A stretch of 64,000 nucleotides of DNA from Candidatus Atelocyanobacterium thalassae (GCA_051971635.1 JBFPLN010000005.1:105182-169181); one strand, 5' to 3'; shown: positions 33,677-43,877, counted from the stretch's first letter. Numbers and translations are program-made. The notes: generated from the letters alone by a model not told the origin.

Positions 33677-34936
33677 ATGAAGCCCATTGATATTCTAATA
33701 CTTTCAAATGGCCCAGGAGAAATAACTACCTGGGTCAGACCCGTTGTAGTTTCTTTGCGTAAACTTTTCGGAAATGACCGTTCTCAAGTTAGAATTTCAG
33801 TAATGTTATCTCCATGTCCTCACAGTACAGGACAAGAATCCCTTATCGTTGAAAACTATACTGAAGTAGATCGAGTACAATCTAGCGAGTCCTTTTTCCC
33901 TTTTATATTATTTGGCAAAACTTCTAATAACTGGGACTGGAGAGAAAAAGGGATTGTTTTATTTTTAGGTGGAGATCAGTTTTATACTTTACTTGTTAGT
34001 AAGAGATTAGGATACAAAGCTGTAACTTACGCAGAATGGGAAGCTAGATGGTATCGCTGGCTTGATAGTTTTGCTGTAATGAATCAGTCCGTCATTGATA
34101 AAGTTCCGCAAATATATCAAAGTAAATTTGTAGTTGTTGGAGATTTGATGGCAGACTTTGATCCAACTCCATTAGATATATTAAAAATGGTTGGTAATCC
34201 TACCATTGCTCTTTTACCTGGTTCTAAAAAAGGTAAACTAACTCAAGGAGTTCCGCTTTGTCTGGCTATTGCTAAATATATATATAAACAGCGACCTAAT
34301 ACTCACTTTATTCTTCCAGTTGCTCCTACATTAAATATTAACGACTTAGTCTACTATGCTCAATCTAACTATAATCCTCTCGTAAGAGAGATGGGAGGAG
34401 TAGAAGCTAGTTTGATAGTTAGAAATTTTGATAAGGTAAAAAAATACTTTTTACAGATCAACAATGGACCGGAAATAGAATTAATCAGTGACTCCCCAGC
34501 ACATGCTTACTTACGAAAATGTTGTCTTGCACTGACGACTGTAGGAGCTAATACTGCAGAGCTAGGAGCCTTAGGTATTCCAATGATTGTTTTGCTACCA
34601 ACTCAAAAACTAGATGCCATGAGGACATGGGATGGTATTCCAGGTATTTTATCTAGCTTGCCATTTATTGGAAGCAAGTTTGCAAAATTTATAAACGCAC
34701 AAGTTATAAAAAAAGGTCGCTTATTTGCGTGGCCTAACATATGGGCAAAAGAAAAAATTGTTCCTGAGCTAGTTGGAGAATTACAACCTGATCAAGTAGC
34801 TGAAAAAGTCTTAGATTTTTTAGATAATCCTTCAAAATTACAACAAATACACCGTAATTTACTTAAAGTTAGAGGGGATTCTGGAGCAGCTTTTCGAATT
34901 GCTAGCATTATTAAAGATCAATCAGACGACATCTAA
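33677..34936 (+). CDS. Lipid-A-disaccharide synthase-related glycosyltransferase (LpxB-like)
   Basis: DILILSNGPGE, ALLPGSK, TTVGANTAELGALG, AWPNIWAKEKIVPEL. Confidence 0.8.
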   Translation: MKPIDILILSNGPGEITTWVRPVVVSLRKLFGNDRSQVRISVMLSPCPHSTGQESLIVENYTEVDRVQSSESFFPFILFGKTSNNWDWREKGIVLFLGGDQFYTLLVSKRLGYKAVTYAEWEARWYRWLDSFAVMNQSVIDKVPQIYQSKFVVVGDLMADFDPTPLDILKMVGNPTIALLPGSKKGKLTQGVPLCLAIAKYIYKQRPNTHFILPVAPTLNINDLVYYAQSNYNPLVREMGGVEASLIVRNFDKVKKYFLQINNGPEIELISDSPAHAYLRKCCLALTTVGANTAELGALGIPMIVLLPTQKLDAMRTWDGIPGILSSLPFIGSKFAKFINAQVIKKGRLFAWPNIWAKEKIVPELVGELQPDQVAEKVLDFLDNPSKLQQIHRNLLKVRGDSGAAFRIASIIKDQSDDI

Positions 34937-35173
34937 TATTTAGTTATTCTTATCAAATAGAATTAACTTGTTCTAGAATAATATGAATACTCACTCAACT
35001 TTAAGTATGTATACAGCTCTAGGTACTCATGGTGAAGAAAATATACAAAATGAGATTTAGTAATTTGTGTATACTTTTTTACTGAGAAAATATTTTTTTG
35101 AATAGAGGAATAACTTACTATATAAATGGTAAGATCTTCTTGTCTGGCACAGTCACAATATTAAGGAAAAGCC

Positions 35174-35587
35174 ATGGTAGAAGAGACACAGCCTAAAGAA
35201 AAAAAAGAGAAAAAGGAAAAACCTCCTGCTATTGAAGATAAACCATTTACTGAATTTATAGAGCAGCATTTTGTACCTACTCTTAAAGAAAGTTTAAATA
35301 AAAAAGGGTTAACTGATATAGAGCTATCTTTTACTCAAGCTCCAATTTCTATTATTGGAGCAAGTACCAATAAGCCTTGTTCGCAAATTATTGGTACTTG
35401 GAGTAATGGTCAACGTAAATTTATAATTTACTTTCCCGAAGAAAGCATTAGTGGTCAAAAAGCCTTTTCTTATGGTCATAATGATAAGTTTTTTAGCACT
35501 CTTGAATCTTTTATGATAGATGAGCGAAAAGTTACTCTAGATCTTCTAATACTGTATACATTACAGCGTATTACTAGACAGAAATAA
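35174..35587 (+). CDS. ndhV: DUF2996 protein / NDH-1 subunit NdhV, C-terminus slightly shortened
   Basis: KKEKPPAIEDKPFTEFI, LESFMIDERKVTLDLLILYTLQR. Confidence 0.8.
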   Translation: MVEETQPKEKKEKKEKPPAIEDKPFTEFIEQHFVPTLKESLNKKGLTDIELSFTQAPISIIGASTNKPCSQIIGTWSNGQRKFIIYFPEESISGQKAFSYGHNDKFFSTLESFMIDERKVTLDLLILYTLQRITRQK

Positions 35588-35701
35588 TTTGCTAAATAAT
35601 TTAATTGAGTTGATTGATTATCCTAAATCACACAAGACTTCAACTCAAGAACAATAAAGATATAGCCCAGATTATCTTGATTGAGAAAGGTAAATATTTA
35701 T

Positions 35702-35745
35702 TGTGAGGATTAGCGATTCAAGAAGTAAAAGTGTTGATCCTCACA
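35702..35745 (+). terminator. 14-bp hairpin between convergent ndhV and murB
   Basis: tgtgaggattagcg / tgttgatcctcaca pair fully on the + strand RNA using G-U pairs. Confidence 0.5.
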
Positions 35746-35818
35746 TAGGCTATATATAATCATGAGAACATTCAAATTATAAAAAACAAGTCTTAGATAA
35801 TTTTTTCTTTTATTAAGA

Positions 35819-36754
35819 TTAGAGAGTAGAAAACTCTCCTAAAATTTTTACTTCTGGCTCAAGCAATAGTGACCAATGATCTTGGACTCTTTTCTGAACA
35901 TAGCGAATTAAACAAAAAATATCTTCTGCTTTAGCTTGGCCGCAATTTAATATAAAATTAGCGTGACAATGAGATATTTCAGCATCACCTACACGATGAC
36001 CTTTTAATCCTAATTGTTCTATCATCCACCCTGCTGAATGTGAGGAAGGATTACGAAACACACTGCCACAACTTGGTTTATCATAAGGTTGAGAACTTTT
36101 TCTTTTTTGAAGATTCTGTTGTGTTTTCCTTGTTATGTCCTCTTTAGTAAATCCTTTCTGTAGTTGAAAGGTTGCCTCAAGAACTAAATATTTTTCATTT
36201 TGCAAGGAAGAAGTTCTATAACCATAATTTAAGTCTTCAGGTGTTAAAGTTTTAACTTTACCATCATAAGATAAAACAACTACATTAACTAATGAATCAG
36301 CAATACATTCATTATGAGCTCCTGCATTCATAACAACTGCTCCTCCAACTGTCCCAGGGATACCGACAGCCCATTCCAAACCTAACCAACCTTTTTTAGC
36401 AGCTTGCCAGGCGACACTAACAATTGGCCTACCTGCAGCCGCAGTAATACATCCAGTCTCTTCGTTAAATTGATAATGGCGAAAATTACGTGTACTTAAA
36501 ACTAATCCTTTAATTCCTTTATCACTTATGAGAAGATTAGAACCAGCTCCTAGCAATGTTAATGATAAGTTTTGATCTGAGAACCATTCAAAAGTTGCTT
36601 GTAGTTCTTCCCAGTTATGAGGGGCTGCATACCATTGAGCTTCTCCACCTACTTTGTAAGAAGTGTAGGGGGCCAAAGATACATTACTGTGAATCTTTCC
36701 CATAGCACTATGTGATTTAACATATCCAGACAAAGAAGGAAATGGATGAGTCAT
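35819..36754 (-). CDS. murB: UDP-N-acetylmuramate dehydrogenase
   Basis: LGAGSNLL, GIPGTVGGAVVMNAGA, YGYRTS, PSCGSVFRNP, HANFILN, LEPEV. Confidence 0.97.
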   Translation of the reverse strand: MTHPFPSLSGYVKSHSAMGKIHSNVSLAPYTSYKVGGEAQWYAAPHNWEELQATFEWFSDQNLSLTLLGAGSNLLISDKGIKGLVLSTRNFRHYQFNEETGCITAAAGRPIVSVAWQAAKKGWLGLEWAVGIPGTVGGAVVMNAGAHNECIADSLVNVVVLSYDGKVKTLTPEDLNYGYRTSSLQNEKYLVLEATFQLQKGFTKEDITRKTQQNLQKRKSSQPYDKPSCGSVFRNPSSHSAGWMIEQLGLKGHRVGDAEISHCHANFILNCGQAKAEDIFCLIRYVQKRVQDHWSLLLEPEVKILGEFSTL

Positions 36755-36847
36755 AAACTATTTAAATTAATTAAGGTTTACTGAAAAGTAAGACTATTAG
36801 ATTAATAAATTGTTCCGTTTCGTAAACATAATACACGTTTGATTTAA

Positions 36848-38362
36848 TTATTGGTCAGCTTGACAAAGATTTATTATATGGGGAATGGTTTGATTTAAAT
36901 TACCTGCACCCAAAAACAGAACCAAGTCCTTAGGTTGTAATAATTTAGGAAGTCTCTGAGATAGAATGTCTAAAGATGGAAAATAGAATACACTAGGATG
37001 GTTTTTCTTGACTTCTCTTACTAGATCCTCGCCATATATATTATTAACATTAATCTCTCCAGCACTATAAATATCTGTTAAAACCACTAGATCTGCATCA
37101 TTAAAACAAGTGGCAAACTTTTCTAGTAGTGCAAAAGTACGACTATATCGATGAGGTTGAAAGATCACAACTACACGACTAACTAACTTATTGTCAACTT
37201 TAGATAGAGCTGCTGACAAGGTAGCCTTAATTTCACTTGGATGATGTGCATAGTCATCAATAAAAGTAATTTCATTGCAATAACCACGTTTTTCAAAACG
37301 CCTTTTTGGCCCTTGAAAATTTAATAGTGAATTTACAATAACGGAAAACTCTAAACCCAGTTGCCTTCCTACCGCAATAGTAGCAAGAGCATTACTGACA
37401 TTATGATTACCAGAAATAGCTAAGTTGATCTGTCCTAAACAAGTTCCTCTTTCCCAGATTTCAGCACTGGATCCTTTACTATCATTAATGAGATTTCTAA
37501 CTTTATAATCTGCTTGTTTTTCGAAATCTAAGCTATAAGTAATATGAGGTGAAAAATGCGAAGAAGTAATTTCACAATCAAGACAGCCAACTAAGATATC
37601 ACATTGCGCTGCAAAAATTTGAAATGTCTTAATAACTTCATCTAAGTCTTGATAGTGATCTGGATGATCTAACTCTATATTAGTTATAATACCAATATGA
37701 GGATGATGCTTAACTAGAGAACCGTCAGATTCGTCTACTTCAGCTACGAGGTATCCTTCTTTTTCACCTATTCTAGCATTGCCATCCCAAGCATTTACTT
37801 CACCTCCAATAATAATAGTGGGATCGGTACCTGCTTCAAGCAACATATATCCAATTAAGCTACTAGTTGTCGTTTTACCATGAGTACCTGCCACACCAAT
37901 ACTTTTATAGTCACTGATTAAAGCTGCCAAGATATCAGAGCGATGAAAAATAGGACAACCTTTTTCTTTCGCGGCAAGATATTCAGGATTGTCATTAGTA
38001 ATAGCTGTAGAACAAATTACTTGAGGTAAATATTTTTTACTCAATAAAAATTTATCTTTATTAAAAGTAAATTGTTCGTTTTGATTTTGAAAAGTTTTGT
38101 TATTACAGTTAGGACTAAAAATTTCTTCTAAAGTCTGTTTTTGGTTACAGTTAAACAATTCCAAATTTACTGCTTCTTGATGGTTGAAAATATGAACACC
38201 AACTTTTCGTAACCGCTCAATGATATGAGTTGAACATAAATCAGATCCAGAAACAGGAAGCTTACGCTTGGCCAAAATATATGCTAGAGCAGACATTCCA
38301 ATTCCGCCAATGCCAATAAAGTGAAAAGGCTGACCACTAAAGTCTATAGTTTTTCCCATCAT
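36848..38362 (-). CDS. murC: UDP-N-acetylmuramate--L-alanine ligase
   Basis: HFIGIGGIGMSALA, AGTHGKTTTS, EVDESDGS, DDYAHHPSE, FQPHRYSR. Confidence 0.97.
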   Translation of the reverse strand: MMGKTIDFSGQPFHFIGIGGIGMSALAYILAKRKLPVSGSDLCSTHIIERLRKVGVHIFNHQEAVNLELFNCNQKQTLEEIFSPNCNNKTFQNQNEQFTFNKDKFLLSKKYLPQVICSTAITNDNPEYLAAKEKGCPIFHRSDILAALISDYKSIGVAGTHGKTTTSSLIGYMLLEAGTDPTIIIGGEVNAWDGNARIGEKEGYLVAEVDESDGSLVKHHPHIGIITNIELDHPDHYQDLDEVIKTFQIFAAQCDILVGCLDCEITSSHFSPHITYSLDFEKQADYKVRNLINDSKGSSAEIWERGTCLGQINLAISGNHNVSNALATIAVGRQLGLEFSVIVNSLLNFQGPKRRFEKRGYCNEITFIDDYAHHPSEIKATLSAALSKVDNKLVSRVVVIFQPHRYSRTFALLEKFATCFNDADLVVLTDIYSAGEINVNNIYGEDLVREVKKNHPSVFYFPSLDILSQRLPKLLQPKDLVLFLGAGNLNQTIPHIINLCQADQ

Positions 38363-38948
38363 CTCTCCTTACAAACCACACAACTAGAACAAAATTAATA
38401 GATTACAGATTTATGGCCACTACATAAAAAGCTAATTTGTTGGTTATAAAGCAGACCAAGTCTAATAATAACTACATTTGATTTAAAGGTAAAGGTAAAG
38501 GTATTATATCTATCAAAAAGTGATGAAAAGACAATACCACAACTTTTAAATATTAAAACATCTGTTTTTAATAATTTCTATATTTACTAAGATATTTTAG
38601 AAGTAGACTAGTAAGAAACAGTATCTTAACAAAGATTGTTAAAGAAGAAATTGTAAGAAGTTGTTTATTTTCAAAAGTGATGGCCTAAATATGTGTAAAG
38701 ATTAGTCTTGAAAAGTTAATAAAGAATAAACTCATAGCTGCCGGAATTAGCTGTATTTCTAGTTTTTTTAGTAACAATCTTAATAATAATTTTTACTAAA
38801 AAACTTGAGTTATTTCTTGTATATACAAACCCCCTGTTTAATTCAACTCTAATCTATCAAATAATAAACGTGTTACGTGTTCGAAAAAATTATTAGTTGT
38901 ATTTTTTGAAAATTTTATATGTCATGATTTTTCCTTAATTGAAAATCC

Positions 38949-38981
38949 ATAATACCTTATTAATATTTAAGAAGGTATTAT
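38949..38981 (-). terminator. Inverted repeat at the 3' end of the peroxiredoxin pseudogene
   Basis: ataatacctt / aaggtattat, perfect 10-bp arms. Confidence 0.4.
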
Positions 38982-39548
38982 AGATTTTACAAAATCTAGG
39001 ATTATTCCTTTATCTCTTTCTTGTCAATCTACAGGATATACTTCTCCTGAGAATGTCATATCACTTTAAGAATACGTAATGTTTCGTTAATACTAAGTCC
39101 AAACGATAAATTATTAATCGTGATGTACTAAATGATTTCTTGCTTATTGATTATAAATAATCCCCTTGAAGAAGTACCAGATTTTGAACCTAAAACATTG
39201 AAAGCACTACTAATATCTTTTTTTCAGATCAGATAGCAAGGAATAATTAATATCAGCTACGCCACCATACATTAGGAGGTGTTTGGATCCAAGCTAAGTT
39301 AGAAAATTCTTTATCAACAGAGACTCCTAAAATTTGAGTATTGATTTGAGAGAATTCCCCATGCCAATCACTAAAAGTAATTACCTCTGTAGGACGAACA
39401 AAAGTAAAATTTAAAGGATAAAAAACAATACAGCATATTTCCCGAGGTAGTTAGAAAGTTTCTTTATCTGAAATTCCTGATCCACTATTCCCATAGCTAT
39501 AAAATTAGGAGCAACTTGTCCAACTTACTAACTCTCTTGTCTATTCAT
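38967..39548 (-). pseudogene. 2-Cys peroxiredoxin (AhpC/TSA) pseudogene
   Basis: Manual translation across frameshifts (/): [121 protein letters not shown]../ITINNLSFGLSINETLRILKVI*../EVYPVD*QERDK. Confidence 0.93.
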
Positions 39549-39766
39549 AATTTGATTTCCAATAATAAAATCATTTGAAATTTGTCTTTTTTATAGGCTT
39601 TTTGTAAGTAGTATTCATAGTAATTGTGATAATTGTATATGTTGGTTTTATATTAATTTACTTATTATCAAAATAAAGATTTTCAGAACAAAGTACATGT
39701 AATATTTATAGAAATTATGAATATATTCAGGTACTATCTTAAAAAAAATAGCAAAAGTACTTTAAA

Positions 39767-40522
39767 TTAATTCATAACCATTCCACCATCTATATTGATT
39801 ACTTGTCCTGTGATATAAGCTGCAGAAGGATCAGTTGCTAAAAACCTGACGAGTCCTGCTACTTCTCTCACTGTACCTAGTCTCCCTAAAGGAATAGATT
39901 GTAAGATATTATCTTTTTCTAGATCTTTCGTCATGTTAGTATCAATAAAGCCAGGGGCAATAGCGTTAACTGTTATAGAACGACTAGCAACTTCTTTTGC
40001 TACCGACTTAGTGAAACCTAATACACCTGCTTTAGCGGCACTGTAATTTGCCTGGCCTGGATTCCCTACTTCGCCTACTACAGAAGAGATATTGATAATA
40101 CGCCCACTCTTTTGTTTAAGCATAGTCTTTATAACTGCCTGAGTACAAAGAAAAACTCCTGTAAGATTTAAATCTATAACTGTCTGCCAATCCTTGGGTT
40201 TCATACGCAATAATAATTTATCTCGTGTGACTCCGGCATTATTAACTAAAATATCAATCCTACCAAATTTATTTAATGTAGTGTCAACAAGTTTATTTAT
40301 ATCTTCTGAATTAGAAACATCAGCTTGAACAGCTATAGCTTCCCCTCCATTCTCTATTATATCTTTCACAACTTCTGCTGCTTCTATTTCAGAACTAGTA
40401 TAGTTAACAACGACTTTTAATCCTAAACTACCCAATTCTATAGCGATAGCACGACCAATGCCTTGAGAAGAACCGGTAATAATAATAACTTTTGAAGCTA
40501 ATGGTGAGTTTGATTCCGACAT
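39767..40522 (-). CDS. fabG: 3-oxoacyl-ACP reductase
   Basis: ITGSSQGIG, LVNNAGVTRD, NYSAAKAG, NAIAPGFI, ITGQVINIDGG. Confidence 0.95.
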   Translation of the reverse strand: MSESNSPLASKVIIITGSSQGIGRAIAIELGSLGLKVVVNYTSSEIEAAEVVKDIIENGGEAIAVQADVSNSEDINKLVDTTLNKFGRIDILVNNAGVTRDKLLLRMKPKDWQTVIDLNLTGVFLCTQAVIKTMLKQKSGRIINISSVVGEVGNPGQANYSAAKAGVLGFTKSVAKEVASRSITVNAIAPGFIDTNMTKDLEKDNILQSIPLGRLGTVREVAGLVRFLATDPSAAYITGQVINIDGGMVMN

Positions 40523-40628
40523 CTTGTGTGTAAAACCTTATTATCTTAACTATTTATATTTTAAATTTTAGCTGTATAAATTAAGATAATATAGAAATTT
40601 TATAGATTTTTTGTTAAATTGTCTACTA

Positions 40629-42974
40629 ATGGATACTTCTCAAACTCAGTGGCAATCTTTACCATTTATAGATTTACCTTTGTCACTTACTAATTACCTT
40701 AATTCTTTTAATATTTCTCCTCAAGAAAATTGCATATCTCAGCTTTTATGGCATAGGAAAATTCGGAATTTAGATCAGCTTAAAAATTTTTTAGATCTTG
40801 ATTCTTATAAATCTCTAAGTATTTTGGAAGCTTGGAATGAAGTAATACCTTCTACATATAGGTTAAAAGAAGCAATTGATAACAAAGAGAAAATCATGAT
40901 TTGTGGTGGAGAGGGTATTAGTAATATTATTGGTACAAGTTTATTATGGGAAGGACTAGGGAACTTTTTAATTCCTTATGTTCAACTTAATTATTATATC
41001 CCTAGTTATAATACTAAATGCCATGGCTTCAATACTGTAGCAATAAGACAATTAGCTATGGAAGGAGTAAATTTAATTATTACTTGTGGCGTAAAGGATT
41101 TTAACCTGCAAGATCTTAATTATGCAAAATCTCTAGGCATTGATATTATTGCAATAGGTAGAAATCTTAGCATCAATAATATAGACAGTCCTGTTTATAT
41201 TATCGATCCTTGTTCTTTACCTCAAAATCATCCTTTTTTTGATTTTTCAGAAACTCCATTAGCATATAAGTTAATTGAAGCTATTCATACACAAGTATTC
41301 AATACGCCAAATAATAATTTAGATAATTTGCTAGATTTAGTAGCCATTAACTCAATCTCTACTTTATTAAGATTAAATACAGAGTTGAGATATCTAACGA
41401 AGAAAGGAATTCAAAATTTACAGAAACAATTGAGAAATCCTAGTAGACCTGGAATAGCTTATCTATTATATTTATGTAAATTATCTGGAAACCGTCCAAC
41501 TGATACTTGCTTTGGCATTGGTTCTAGAATTAATTCTATTTGTTGTATTAATAAAAGTCCTAGTTTTATTGTAGAGTTACTAACTAATAAGAATAAAGAT
41601 TATTCTGAGAAACTTGCTCTAGAAGCTGAGTTGTCGAATATCCGATGTAACAATCTACAACAATATATTATTCGGAATATTAGACAAACTTTGAAAGGTA
41701 TCGACCTATCCATAACTCAGGTCATTGTTTTAGAGGATCCTGAATGGGAAAGTGAGATATTGAAGTTGGTTGTTCAAAAAGTTTCACGCGAATACAATAA
41801 ACCAACAGTTTTATTGACAACTGCAGAGTGCAAAGAAAATAAGCAGCAAAATTTGAATTTTTCTAGAGGATATGCATTCTCTTCGAATATTATTGATGCT
41901 TACAAGTTAATATCTTCTCAACAAAATCTACTATACTCATTCTACGGAGAACAATATTCAGATTTAATTGATCTAAGTTTAAATACTGAAAATGTTCCTT
42001 TGTTTCGAGAAAGAATTAATCAATATTTACGACAAGAGCTTGCCGCAATTGATAGCCCAAAGTCTATTATTAAAGCTGATCTAACAGCTACAGTTTCTCA
42101 GCTTGGACAATCTTTGTTCAGAGAATTAAAAATTTTAGAACCTTATGGTATAGGCAATTTAGTACCTAAAATACTGGTCAAAAATTGTTGCTTTAAAATT
42201 TCAAAAAATCAAAATGGTAATCAGTTCCAAAATAATGCCTTGAAGTATATAAAAACTGAAGTCATCCTTTACGACTCTTCTTCTGAAAAAGGATTTCCTG
42301 GAGTTTGGTGGGGACATCATAGGGGAGAACTACAAATAGAAGAAAATAAACAATATGACGCTATCGTAGAACTAGGCTATAGTAAATTGCAACCTGGAAA
42401 TCATGAAGTACGTTTAATTGAAATTAAAGAAGCCTCACATTATCTTCATCCTTCTATAGTAGGAAAAATAGCAGTAAATTTATTGGATTATAGAAATAGT
42501 AATAAAATTTTTCCTAACAATATAAAAAATGAATCAGTTAGACTTTGTCCGGTTGATTGGCAGGAGTTATTGGAAATATATGGTAAAAGTTGTGAAAAAC
42601 AGAAAAATTTAGCTCTACTATATTCGTATAGTATTAACCTAAGTTCTACAGGTACAATTCAAAAAGCTATTGACATTGCTAATTTCTTATCTTTTAGTGA
42701 TAAAACAATTACGAAAAAAAAATTGCAGAAAACTTTATCTTTAAGCAAATTTAGTTTGATGCTAGTATTAAATTTTCTAGAAAACTTTGGGTTCTTGATT
42801 AACAAAAATAATGAAAAGTTATCTTTTACTCTTACAAAGAATACAAATAATGAGTATAAAATACTCTTACAAAAACTTATGGAGGTAATTGAAGAAGAGA
42901 ATTTTAAAAAAAAATATTTTACTCAAATCTCTATAGAAATATTAGAGAATTTTCTAGTTCATGGTAGTAATTAG
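40629..42974 (+). CDS. recJ: RecJ-family (DHH) ssDNA exonuclease homolog with degenerate active site
   Basis: Overall cyanobacterial RecJ layout (SLLWEGLGNF, YYIP, HGFN, LLDLVAI, RPTD..FGIGSRIN, LEPYGIGN, GVWWGH), but the catalytic motifs are replaced; ATG 40629 (ORF open from 40611). Confidence 0.8.
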   Translation: MDTSQTQWQSLPFIDLPLSLTNYLNSFNISPQENCISQLLWHRKIRNLDQLKNFLDLDSYKSLSILEAWNEVIPSTYRLKEAIDNKEKIMICGGEGISNIIGTSLLWEGLGNFLIPYVQLNYYIPSYNTKCHGFNTVAIRQLAMEGVNLIITCGVKDFNLQDLNYAKSLGIDIIAIGRNLSINNIDSPVYIIDPCSLPQNHPFFDFSETPLAYKLIEAIHTQVFNTPNNNLDNLLDLVAINSISTLLRLNTELRYLTKKGIQNLQKQLRNPSRPGIAYLLYLCKLSGNRPTDTCFGIGSRINSICCINKSPSFIVELLTNKNKDYSEKLALEAELSNIRCNNLQQYIIRNIRQTLKGIDLSITQVIVLEDPEWESEILKLVVQKVSREYNKPTVLLTTAECKENKQQNLNFSRGYAFSSNIIDAYKLISSQQNLLYSFYGEQYSDLIDLSLNTENVPLFRERINQYLRQELAAIDSPKSIIKADLTATVSQLGQSLFRELKILEPYGIGNLVPKILVKNCCFKISKNQNGNQFQNNALKYIKTEVILYDSSSEKGFPGVWWGHHRGELQIEENKQYDAIVELGYSKLQPGNHEVRLIEIKEASHYLHPSIVGKIAVNLLDYRNSNKIFPNNIKNESVRLCPVDWQELLEIYGKSCEKQKNLALLYSYSINLSSTGTIQKAIDIANFLSFSDKTITKKKLQKTLSLSKFSLMLVLNFLENFGFLINKNNEKLSFTLTKNTNNEYKILLQKLMEVIEEENFKKKYFTQISIEILENFLVHGSN

Positions 42975-43061
42975 CATAATGAAATAACTGGTTTTTTTAT
43001 GATTTAGAAAGTTGTATCATTTATGCAAATTTTATAATAACTAAATTTTTACTTAATTAAT

Positions 43062-43868
43062 ATGACTACTGAAATAACAAAAAACATTGGAATTATAACT
43101 AGTAGCTTCTTTGCAATTTATTCCATAATAAATGTAAACCTTGCTTTTGGAAAAGATACTGTAACAAAATCATATGAAGATAATGAATTATCCTCTGTTC
43201 ACTGGTACAACAAGGGTACTTTGAGTATAGAGAACAAAAATTATTATGAAGCAATCCTTTTTTTTACAACATCAATTAAACTAAATAAAAATGATCCAGA
43301 TTTTTATTACAATCGAGGTTATTCTTTTTTAGCTTTGGAACAATTTCATGAGGCAATTAATGACTACACTGAAGCTATTCAACTCAGATCTAACTTTTCT
43401 TATGCCTATGGAAATCGGTGTTATGCTTACTATCAGATAAAAAATTATGAAAAAGCTATTGAAAATTGCTCAATAGCCATTAATCTAGAACCTGATTATG
43501 CAGATTTTTATATTTACCGTGGAAATGCTAAAGATAACTTAAAAATGCATGAAGATGCAGCTATGGATTATAGCAAAGCAATCTATTTAAAAAATAATAA
43601 CTTTAAAACTTATTACAATCGAGCTCTAGCTTATAATCGCTTAGGGAAGTCACTTAAAGCAGTTCTGGATTACACAAAATCTATTGACCTCAACTCTAAC
43701 TACGCTAATGCTTACCATAATAGAGGTGTAACACAATATAAGTTAGGAGAAACAGATAAAGCGATTAAAGATTTAAAAAAGGCGGCTTTGCTGTTTCGAC
43801 TTCAAGGTCAACTTGATAAAAGTCAACACACCTTAAACACTTTAAGAGTTCTCCAAGACAAAAAGTAA
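43062..43868 (+). CDS. Tetratricopeptide repeat protein with N-terminal signal/TM segment
   Basis: Repeated YYNRG..A..DY.KAI.L units; ends AIKDLKKAALLF. Confidence 0.9.
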   Translation: MTTEITKNIGIITSSFFAIYSIINVNLAFGKDTVTKSYEDNELSSVHWYNKGTLSIENKNYYEAILFFTTSIKLNKNDPDFYYNRGYSFLALEQFHEAINDYTEAIQLRSNFSYAYGNRCYAYYQIKNYEKAIENCSIAINLEPDYADFYIYRGNAKDNLKMHEDAAMDYSKAIYLKNNNFKTYYNRALAYNRLGKSLKAVLDYTKSIDLNSNYANAYHNRGVTQYKLGETDKAIKDLKKAALLFRLQGQLDKSQHTLNTLRVLQDKK

Positions 43869-43877
43869 TATTTTATT

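Noticed and set aside
38020..38160. About 40-aa N/Q/K-rich insertion in the MurC N-terminal domain, considered as an intein or mobile insert
   Set aside because: Too short, no intein terminal motifs; cyanobacterial MurC often has a variable insertion here
38484..38503. Short tandem repeat aaaggt x3
   Set aside because: Too short to distinguish from slippage in AT-rich DNA
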